From the NCBI GenBank assembly GCA_001662655.1, contig KV460242.1: a stretch of DNA of 64,000 nucleotides, one strand, 5' to 3'. The notes beneath the pieces were generated by a model. It worked only from the letters and a program-made list of their open reading frames with translations, searched no databases and was not told where the DNA came from. This DNA is from Pseudogymnoascus verrucosus (lineage: Eukaryota). Every line of letters begins with the position of its first letter. Positions within the stretch are counted from its first letter, which is position 1. Made by a program: the position numbers and the translations under genes. Below are positions 25,947 through 35,876 of this stretch, one piece after another.

Positions 25947-26790
25947 TTACACCCTCCGCTTTGCCCAGCTTTGGATGACGCCTTCGTCGGTCGCATCATA
26001 CTCTCGGATGCGTACTTGATCTCCATGGAGGAAAGTGTTCGCCTGGACAAACACCCATTTCGGCTCCTTATTCGCAAGAACTATATCCCGCCATTCGAGG
26101 TATTTGCCATCTACTTTTGACAATTCTTCATAATACGTGCGACATGACTGAATGTCAGCTGTACAACGATATATGTGAAGTCTCAACAGCATATTTCGAA
26201 GGGCTCGTTTGCCATGAGTACGGATCTTGGAACGATCCACCTGAACGATTAGACTTTTCTCAGTTAAGTCACACTTAACAGACATAAATCCGTTCCCGTC
26301 GGTCACTAGGCATTTCAACATTGCGAAATGAGCCTTCGATGATTTTTTAGTATCATATTGTCAGTACGCAGAAATGAGGCTACTTACTCTGCTATGCGCC
26401 TGGCCCCATTTCTAGAATCGGAAGGTTAGCTAATTATTGTTAATAACAGTATATCTGAAGGAACTTTACCTTATTGTCAATGTTGAAATTCTGTAGCCCT
26501 CGAAGGCCATCGACACCTAGTTGGAGATACAGGATATATGTAACTAATTATGCATTAGAGTAGCTGTAACATATGTTAGACTGTGAAGGAGACTCATGGT
26601 CATCGTTTGTAATCTCAGAGTCTGTTGTGAAACCAAAAAGCGAGAGTAATTCAGGATCGTCCATGAGATATGCGCCGACAAGCTCAGCCCTGCATTCATC
26701 AACTGTGGTTGCCAACTCTCCAAATTGGCTTGTCCATGTTTGGCCCGGCTTGTACCAACAGGTGATGGCTTTTCCCGTGAGGGGGAGAAT
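25947..26790 (-). pseudogene. Dipeptidyl-peptidase III (M49) C-terminal fragment
   Basis: TCWYKPGQTWTSQFG, DECRAELVG, WGQAHSR/AHFAML, LHIYRCTAD and FVQANT motifs. The upstream HELLGH zinc motif and N-terminus are not found. Confidence 0.8.
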
Positions 26791-27359
26791 ACCGTGCTCT
26801 AGTGCTGTTATGGTAAGCAGATGTGATCAAAGCCACCATTAGGACAAATGTATGTTCTTCTATCCCGTAACGACGAAGAGAGCTAGATTGGCCGGAGTAT
26901 CCCCTCGTAGCTCTAATATGAGCTAGGTTTATTTCCATATTTAGATAATGGTACTTACACATCAAGGTTTGGGATTCTCCGCTATGGGTTAACGTTCGGC
27001 TCACTGCCTTGCCACATTAAACAGCAGTCGGAGTTAAGCGGGTCCTTCTAGTTCGCAAAGTAACCAGCATACTATTTTCCCACACAGACCAAGGCAGGCC
27101 ATGGCCTAGCTGGTTTCACCATGGGTGATGACGTAGAAGAATATAGAGGTGGTCTGTAAGAATCAGACAGAGCGGCATCAACACTCGCTTGCAGTGGCTT
27201 GCCAGAGTGCTAGGAATATACGAGTTGTTTGATAAGTACGCTGATGTTCGTCATACACCACTCATCCGGACAGCAGGCTCTGGCCATCTAGAGTTATCAT
27301 CTCGCCGGATTATATTGCACTCTGCACGATAATCTCTCAACAACAAAATACTCGCTGTC

Positions 27360-28293
27360 ATGTCGTCGACACACGTAGCTGAAGTCAGCAACATCGTTAA
27401 CAATGGCACATTCCGTTCCGAAGTAGGCCGGAAGCAACTGACGCTTGCGCTGGGGGGTCTATATATCGCCTCGACTACCGTCACTGCAAAGCCATCTCTG
27501 GTCTGGGAAACCGAAACTGGTTATCCTCGGTATTACATTCCTGCAAAGACGCTCCACAAGGATATCAAGACAGACAGCCCCAACGAATCAGTCAGCCTTG
27601 CTCCAGTTAAGACGGTCAAAGGAAAAGATGGCCAGCCACATGCTATCATCGAGAGCCTGACTGTGGGATCCAAGAAGACAACATGGGCGAGGTTTGTCGA
27701 TGGACCACTAAAGGGATATATCAGATTTGACCGGAGCGAGCTTGGTAAGATAGCCTTTGCTTTGTCCCCCCATCTATTCAATGCTGTTCCAATGGCATTG
27801 AAGCTGCCAAAGTCGTGATCTGAGACGGACACAGACGCCTGGTTTGAGAACGGTGCTCTCGCCAAGGCCATCAAGAACCCCTACAAGCGCATCGACACCC
27901 ACGCCGTCACCCACGATATTGTGATCAAAGTCAACGGGGAGATAGTCGCGCAGTCAAAGGTGGCTGTGATTCTCAACGAGACTAGAGCTAAGGGAGTATA
28001 CTACCTCCCCGCGACGAGTATCCTGGACTGGGGAAGCGTGGAAAAGAGCGATCTGAAATCGGCCTGCCCGTATAAGGGAGAAGCTTGGTATGGCGGCCTA
28101 CGGAGTTGGGTTGAGCGAACAGCGCTAACCAAGGCTTGACAGGTACTTTTCGTTGACTGTAAAGGGCAAGAAGTACGAGAATCTGATCTGGTACTACCCG
28201 TATCCCACGCATGAGAGCAGCGCTATAGAGGGTCTGTTCAGCTTTTACAACAAGGAAGGCGTGGATATCCTGATTGATGGGGTGAAGGTCTAA
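27360..28293 (+). CDS. DUF427 (NTP_transf_9) domain protein, 2 introns
   Basis: LVWET..YPRYYIP; DAWFE; KNPYKRID; SACPYKGEA-YF; NLIWYYPYP. Stop TAA 28291-28293. Confidence 0.88.
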
Positions 28294-28311
28294 TACTGCA
28301 TGGCCTAATAC

Positions 28312-28698
28312 TGTTACGGCTCCACCCCATCATTAGCGCCGGACAAGGGATTGGCTGAGAAGCTGCATAAGGGAAACTACAGTCATTAGTCGAAAGGAGG
28401 TTATGAGAACCCAGACCACGTGATCCCGATCCTTTGTGATCCAGGATCGTATGAGGAGCGTCTAGGTATCACCTAGGGATCGTCTAAGTAGCAGAGAAGA
28501 TCCATTTGGCAAGACGCCACTATATAAGTAGATAGTTAGTTCTTAGATAGGAGCTTCGTGCTCAACTTAATATAGTATTTGTTATATACTGTAACGTGTT
28601 TTAAGAAAGCCTTTGTGTCTGATCCCCTGCCTCCTCTGATAAGTAAACCAACGTAACAAAACCTCTGTGAGTCTTATAGTTTAAGACCCAGCGTTACA
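28312..28698. mobile_element. Solo LTR (Ty3/Gypsy-type termini), 387 bp, 5-bp target-site duplication
   Basis: Starts TGTTACG and ends CGTTACA. AATAC flanks both sides (28307-28311, 28699-28703). Internal TATATAAG and GATCC repeats. Confidence 0.88.
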
Positions 28699-28739
28699 AA
28701 TACTTCAGATGAGCGGGTTCTGTGGAAGCCGGCTTGCTA

Positions 28740-28802
28740 CTAAGAGTAAAATCCTCCGGCATGGCCAGTGCCACCAGTGATAAATACAAGGTCGTTTGCC
28801 AT
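28740..28802 (-). pseudogene. 20-codon relic of an NAD(P)-binding epimerase/reductase N-terminus
   Basis: MANDLVFITGGTGHAGGFYS* contains the Rossmann TGxxGxxG motif and then stops. Confidence 0.6.
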
Positions 28803-29837
28803 CTGAGTATACATATATACACAGAGATGAGGAGGGATTATTCAGTGGCTGAGGGAACCATGAAATTGATACCAGCAATCTAATATTATCAAGGAAGGAG
28901 TGTGTAAGCAGCAATGTGAAGCCACTGTAATTCCTGCTTTCAAATCATTTAATGGTCCACTGTAGTCTATCGCCACGGGGTCTATTCATCAGCAAGGAGA
29001 CTAAAGTGGCAGATAAATCGCCATCCGAAGTTATGCTTTAGCGATGATTCAAACTGCCGACGTGAGTTAACATTCAGAATTTCCTAATTTAGAAAATGGT
29101 AACTAATTACTTAATCAATGTTTTTTAGACTAGACCGTAAGAGTAATATTTTAACATTCTGAGTGGATACACTACAGTAGTGCGTTGACAGGGATAAGAT
29201 GGAGCTTATTCCATTTTTATTGGAGCGAATTCCCTAATTTGGAAAATGGTATAGTGCTTACTTAACCGAATTTCAGAGGACGCATTAACTTAAGTAGCGC
29301 GTGTTACATAGGCACCCAGTGCGAGCCTCGCAGCGAATGCGAGTATTACCCTTTTCATACACCGCCTTTTAGTGTGTTTCAAGCCCGTATTTGACACATC
29401 CCTAGCATGAAATCAATCAATCCTTCAATCAACTCTCAACAACCATTTTCTATGGAGCTCTCCGCACAAATCGACCATATGATTTTGATTACTAAATGTT
29501 GGCTTGCGGTGAACGTTTCTTTAGGAACTACTCCACAACACCAAACCTTTTATCAGCTAGCACGCTACGATAATCCAACCCATGTCCAAGAATATGGGTT
29601 AGATTACACTAACAAAGAGACGAATTAACTACGTACCAACTTGAGTTGATTATGAATGCACTCGAGACGAACATATATAAAGAGTGTGAGGATAACCTCC
29701 TGGGTCATTATATTCATCGTCCAGCAGGGAAAGCATAACAACACGGTCAGCTCCTGACTGTTCCATCACGAGTAATCTATTATAAATTCGAAGCCTTATT
29801 TCCCAAAGCTCCTAGTCCAGCCCTGGCTTCAGAAGTC

Positions 29838-30707
29838 ATGACGACTTACAGCACAGCCGAGCCTCAATACGTCGAGGTCAATGGCACGCGCTTCGCATAC
29901 CTTCGTTTCGGCTCAACAGCTAAGACCGACGTCCCTCTAGTGTTCCTGCAGCATTTCAGAGGCACCTTCGATCACTGGGATCCAGCGCTGATTGATCCCA
30001 TCGCTGCTGTCCGCCCGCTCATTCTCATCGACAATTCAGGCGTTGGAAAGAGCAGTGGCACAGTTCCCGGAACGTATGCAGAGTGGGCTTGGAACGTCGT
30101 CGCGGTCGTTAAGGCCCTGAACATTCCCCTGATTGATGTATTGGGCTTCTCTATGGGAGGTTTTGTGGCCCAGATGACAGCCCTGAATGCACCAACTGTC
30201 GTTCGCAAGCTCGTCCTGGCTGGCACTGGGCCCAGCGCTGGTGAAGGTGTCGAAGGTGGTGACCCGCTTGCTACTCAGCGCTTGGCCACCGCGTCTAATG
30301 AGCAAGAAGCGCGCGATGCTTTTTTGACAGCTTTCTACTCGCTGACGGCAAAAAAGCAAGCCCTTGGCGACACATGGTGGAAGCGCATGAACGCTGCTCG
30401 CTCGAATCGCTCCGACTACGTTGGTTCTGAGGGTACCAATGCTCAGATCGGCGCCGTCATCCGGTGGGGGAGTCGTGACTTCGCGTCTGAAGGCTCCTAC
30501 GACCGTCTACATGAACTTAAGATCCCCGTTCTCGTCGCAAATGGCGACAACGACGTTCTCATCCCGACAGTCAACAGTTGGGTCATTTTCAAGAAGTTAG
30601 CCAATGCGGATGCCCACCTACACTTGTTCCCGGACGTCGGACACGGGTTCCTGAACGAGTATGCGGACCAGTTTTCGAAACTGATTAACGTATTCTTAGA
30701 TGCTTAA
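29838..30707 (+). CDS. Alpha/beta hydrolase, intronless
   Basis: LQHFRGTFDHWDP; nucleophile elbow GFSMGG; NGDNDVLIP (Asp); GHGF (His). Confidence 0.92.
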   Translation: MTTYSTAEPQYVEVNGTRFAYLRFGSTAKTDVPLVFLQHFRGTFDHWDPALIDPIAAVRPLILIDNSGVGKSSGTVPGTYAEWAWNVVAVVKALNIPLIDVLGFSMGGFVAQMTALNAPTVVRKLVLAGTGPSAGEGVEGGDPLATQRLATASNEQEARDAFLTAFYSLTAKKQALGDTWWKRMNAARSNRSDYVGSEGTNAQIGAVIRWGSRDFASEGSYDRLHELKIPVLVANGDNDVLIPTVNSWVIFKKLANADAHLHLFPDVGHGFLNEYADQFSKLINVFLDA

Positions 30708-32349
30708 GTATCAAATGAAGGCAGCACACTGGATACTAGTGGAATGAGACTGGATCCTCTTGAGGGGATGCTATTTGTTATAGAGTTGGTCTTGAGAAGA
30801 TCTGTCTAGTCGAGATCTATTCAGTCTTAATAGCCCTTCTATAATATTATCAGCAAATACCTCGTATACCACAACGAGGTACTTTATTTCTTATATACTG
30901 CGAGTTTTTCTTACTGAGTATCTCATATACCACAGCGTATATAAAGTGATATTTGAGATATGTAATCAATCTTATTGCTATTATAGTAGGGAAATCCGGT
31001 GATATTACGGAGTCAGGTGGCTTAGGGGAGGAAGCTTTGGTCCAACTCCGTAGCAAGCTAGCCCCACTCCTTTGGACCAGTAGCTACGAGGGTGTCCGCA
31101 CTGAAAATAGCTGACCTTGTGACATTGACTTTCAATGGGGACCGATTTACGCTGTAGTTGTTACTTTCCCTACTGACTTTTTAACGGAGCTTGATTCGAG
31201 GCGCAGATAACCACTCGTAGCTCTAAAATGGGGCCACGATGTCAGTGTGGACATGATGACCTACCCCTGTTGGCAGGCTTTGAGAAACGGACTAGGACAT
31301 TTCAGCGGCCGAGGTTTCCAAGAGTGGAATAACAGAGAAATAAAGCTCGTCAATGGGGGGGTGGTAGTAAGCTATTCGCTTCAGAGCGGCACGATAGAGC
31401 AACGGCTCAAGGATAATAGGCGGGTGCATCTAAAAGCGAATCTATTCCATGCTCATATAGAGAAGTAGAAGGTCTAGAGCGACAAAGGTCGAACATATCT
31501 TTAGTTCTATAATATAATTAGGTCTCTCCACATCTTTGCGTTCTTGGCTATGTTTACTGTGCACAATGTGGATAATACAGTCAGCTTCAAAATCGGATTC
31601 CTCTTTGTAGACTCTTTAATATTTGTTTGAGCCACAATGCCAAGACATTGGAGTCATTACTAGAGATATTCTGGTTATTTAATTTTGTCATTATTGTAGC
31701 CTAAGCCGCCTTTGAGACTCGATGATGACCATGTCTTCCATGATATTCTTTAAGATTCGATTCAATGCTAACCCTTTCTTCTACCGTTTCCTTTAAGGCT
31801 CGATGATGAGCCTTTACATAGACCGTGGTATGCATGTATTCCCCGAAGGCAAACAGCTCTCTATAGTAAAATTACAATGATATTCAAGGGTTTAACATTT
31901 GAAGTTTTACGCTCCAGCCGCAGTGCACCATCATCCGCTAGCACCATTATGGCTAGCTAGAATTTATCCATAAGGCAAATGTGCGTTTCAATTATAAGTC
32001 ATCCGGATCTAGCGTACACCAGCGCCTTTCCAGCATAGCAAAACACCTCAACTAATCCCAAAGTTAGTGTCGACCCCCTTATAAAGGCATCACTAATATT
32101 TTCGAGGCAGGACAGCCCATCGATGTTCGAATAGGGGACATATTATCCTACATTCAAGAAGAAATGCCAGAGGAACGACCGCCGTAGACATTACTGTCAA
32201 TCTAAGTATTGCTACATCCGTAAGCAACGATACCCCTCTACTGCCTACGGCTCTTTCGCGAGCGCTTCCCACCCGCTACCAGGCTAAGATACTGTCGAAA
32301 AATACGCCCGATTGTCGCTAGACATTAGCAAATTATGCTGTTTAAGGAG

Positions 32350-33400
32350 GCGTCAGAGTTAAAGGAGAAGGGCAATGAGGCCTACAGACAGAAGAACTAT
32401 ATCGCAGCATTTTAGACTTATTCAAGTGCCCTCCATATTCTTAATGGCAAAGACACATCTCCAGCTTAGATTCAGCTTCAGCTCGATCTCCATTCCAACT
32501 AGGTCCAAACTTGCATCAAGATGAGTAAATATGATGGCCAGGAACTTATGGACATGAACAAATTTGCGCTTCGGCACAAAGATAACATGGACAAAAACAA
32601 GATGTCTAAGGCCCTTTACAGATGTAGTTGCTTTTTTAAAAGCGTCAAGGACCTAGTAAAAGCATTAAGGACGTATCAAACTGCTCTAGATTACGATCCA
32701 GACAATGTAGAAGCTCAGGCTACGTTGAAAAGAGTAAATATAATACTGTTAGGCCTATAAGACCCTACGCTTCAATATGCTACCGACCGTGGGCTTTTCA
32801 AGAAAGGAACTACTGAAGTCCTTTCAGTAACGGGAGAGTGTTCCATTTGTTCAGAACAAATGTATTTAGAAGACCCGTGCCTTTTGCTAAACTGTTCGCA
32901 TTCGTCTCACCAAATGTGTATCATAACATGGCAACGCGACATGTTACTCATCATGGGCAGATACAGAGCATTTCACTTGTTCTATATGCAGAAAACTGCT
33001 GAAGTAGCTTGCTGATAAGCTTAAAATATACGACCAGACGAACCCATTAGATAAATTGTATACCGAAGTGACTTTACTAAGCTTTCTTCTAACTGTTTAC
33101 ATAGCTACGGAACCTACATGATACCGCAACAGAAGAAGAAGGAAGATCTATGGCGAATATATTTGAGAGGTTTAAAGGAGGAGGGTGTCGGCTGCAGATG
33201 GTAGTAAGAAGAAAACAGAGGGGAGTTGAGGTCCGTCGAAGTGAGAGTTGTCGGATTAGTGTGGGAGTGCAGAGGAAGTGATTCAGGGTGTTATTAGGAA
33301 AAAAGTCGAATATTGAAATCATGCGAAACGTTTAATATAACTGCCTCTGCTCGCAGTTTGTGTAGCAGAAGGGAAAATGTCCTATGTGTGACGGCAAACT
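32350..33400 (+). pseudogene. Degraded TPR + RING-finger protein
   Basis: ELKEKGNEAYRQKNY, KALYR and ALDYDPDN TPR motifs; CSICSEQ...NCSHSSHQMCI RING motif; CPMC near 33380; multiple TAG/TAA stops. Confidence 0.65.
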
Positions 33401-33909
33401 TGTAATGGCTCTAACTCTACCTGCTGCCCCCCGTCAGCTGCCATAAACGGGGCTTTCGCAGACATACAATACAGCTTCAACTGTGTTGTAGTGCTCTCTG
33501 CTATACAGTATCGAGATGGTCATTAGTGGTAGAGAGTGCAGCGGACCCGACCTAGCTCCCGGAGATGAGGGCATGTATGGTAGAAGTTTTTGAAGATACG
33601 GATGGCCATGTTTGGGAGTTGATGTGGTCGGCCAATCAGGAGTAGATGGAGAACGCGACGGCTTATGAGAACGAAGCAAGTGAAGTGCTTGTGAAGTCTC
33701 GTGGTGGGAAAGGCATACGTCGAGACCGAACATAAGTAGTGCTGCAATAAATTGTTCAGGTTCCGGGAACTCACTGACAAGATTGGCTGTTAAGTTCCAT
33801 GTGACCTATGGAATAGACGCTCAAATTGCAGGTGCGGTTGCCAAATGTGGCTGAAGAAAACCCTTGATAATGTGGCAAGTGAGTCAAAATGAGATTGTCT
33901 GGCATTATC

Positions 33910-34121
33910 CAGATCGGTTTTGTCCCTGCTGAATCATATTCGTAGCCCCTCAGTAAGTTGGGGGCCGCGCTAAGTTGGGGAGCCGCGAATAATTAAGGAT
34001 CCACTCAATATAGTTCTGACTACGCAGTACGGAGAAGTGTACTATTTGGTGGGTCCTCGGGAAGCATGGCTAAATGTGATTGGTCAGTAATCACCATTAT
34101 CCCAGTTAGGAAATATTCGAT
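33910..34121 (+). repeat. Dispersed repeat family R1, copy 1 (contains CArG-like box)
   Basis: Reverse complement of 44250..44443. Shares AATGTGATTGGTC..ACCATTATCCCAGTTAGGAAATATTCGAT with 48408..48455. Confidence 0.88.
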
Positions 34122-34353
34122 TTCTGCTTGGGTTAGTTAGTAAGTATCGTCGATTGCTAATCGATTTTTCTCTCCCGTAAATACGTAGACTGTCTTTATC
34201 AGAATGGGGCACTAAGATCTGGTCCCTGACGCACCGCATGGCATCGCCATTTGGAGATTATCCTTATGTCATGGTAGGTGTTACTAATGTGAGCACAGGA
34301 CGACGGCACAGCTGAGGCGAGCGCTTGTTGGCTCAGGAGTTGTTGCGCGCCAT

Positions 34354-34369
34354 TTTCCCGTTTAGGAAA
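34354..34369. promoter_or_regulatory. Mcm1/ECB-type CArG box upstream of the SDR gene
   Basis: TTTCCCGTTTAGGAAA fits the yeast ECB consensus TTWCCCnWWWRGGAAA. It lies about 250 bp upstream of the ATG, with TATATAA near 34478. Confidence 0.6.
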
Positions 34370-34624
34370 TATTCATCCCCATCACCAACCAGGCTTAACT
34401 TAGAGGGCGTAGATAACCAAAAGCACGCTTTCAAGTATCCCCAGAGACAAAGCTGGTTTTAGCCACCAGCCTTCGTCTATATAACACTGACTTCATACCT
34501 ACCTTTCGTGCACCATCAACCGCCCAGCCTACTCGCAAAAATAGCATCAATACGAACAAGAAAACATCCATCCTCCCTCTTCTACCATCAAATCACTACA
34601 TAACCGCAGGCTTTCACCCTTGCC

Positions 34625-35439
34625 ATGTCGTCAATCTGGCTTATCACTGGCGCGAATCGAGGGATCGGCAAAGGAATTCTCTCCCAAGTCCTTTCCCGAC
34701 CCAACACAACCGTTATCGCCGCTCTCCGAGACATTTCTGACTCGACTGCGACAGAACTTGCTGAAGTCCCTGTTGCTAGTGGAAGCAAACTCATCGTTGT
34801 CAAGGTCGATGCAAGCTCCGATACCGATGCTCAAGATGCTGTGGAATCACTCCAGTCACAGCATGGTATCAGCCATATCGATGTCGTCCTGGCCAATTCC
34901 GGTATTCTCACGCAGTGGGGCCCGGTCTCTGAGGTGACGCCGGAAGACCTGCGAAAGCATTTCGAGGTTAACACCATCGCTCCGATCAAGCTCTTCCAGG
35001 CCACGAAATCCCTTTTAGAGAAGTCGGAGAACCCCCGCTTCTTTATCACCTCATCAACTATCGCCAGTATCGGCCTCATGGACACTATTCCTATGCCGAC
35101 TATCGCCTACGGCCTCACTAAGGCGGCCGCCAACTACGCCACGTCCAAGATCCATTTTGAGAATCCAAAGATCAGCGCGGTTGCTCTGCATCCGGGCTGG
35201 GTCCAGACACGCATGGGTGAGCATGCGGCTGACATGGCGGGTTTGGCAGAGATTCCGGTTACTATTCAAGATAGTGCCTCTGGTTTAATAAAACAGGTAA
35301 GCACAGATTGTTCAGATATGCCACTCACTCCATGTTTTTGATGAATGATATCTAATAGTCGTTATAGATTGACCAAACTACAAAGGAGACCCTGTCCGGC
35401 AAGTTTGTGGGCTTTGATGGCAACCCTGTTCCTTGGTAG
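34625..35439 (+). CDS. Classical short-chain dehydrogenase/reductase (Nor-1-like ketoreductase), intron 35297..35367
   Basis: TGANRGIG; ANSGI; YGLTK catalytic motif; HPGWVQT; C-terminus GKFVGFDGNPVPW*. Confidence 0.92.
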
Positions 35440-35580
35440 AGAATGCATAGAGCCTTGGAATATAGCGTAGATGTCATAGTTTGCGTCTCGCCGAGAATTA
35501 GATTTCGATCAAGTTTAAGACTCACGTCATCCACCTGTATTATGACTTTCTGAAGTGCAGATCACCATACTGGAACGATC

Positions 35581-35703
35581 TCTGTAGGTTGTCAGCATTA
35601 TCCTAGTTAGGAAATATTTGATCCAATAATATTGAAGTCCGCCGCGCTTCAATAATACTGGATCAAATATTTCCTAACTAGGATAATGCTGACAACCTAC
35701 AGA
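35581..35703. repeat. Near-perfect palindrome: 57-bp arms (2 mismatches) with 9-nt loop, built from R1 repeat
   Basis: 35581..35637 is the reverse complement of 35647..35703, with the first 45 bp perfect. The right arm continues as an R1 copy to about 35750. Confidence 0.95.
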
Positions 35704-35876
35704 CAAATCACATTTAGCAATGCTTCCCGAGGACGCACCAAATAGTACACCAGAAGAAGACATCGCCCCCGAAGACCCGCTATCCTCCATCCTCAACCGC
35801 CTTCCCATTTGTTCACGAGACTGCCGCAAATGCAGGAATCCTGAACCCCTTAGTAGACTCAGCTGATACTGCTAGA

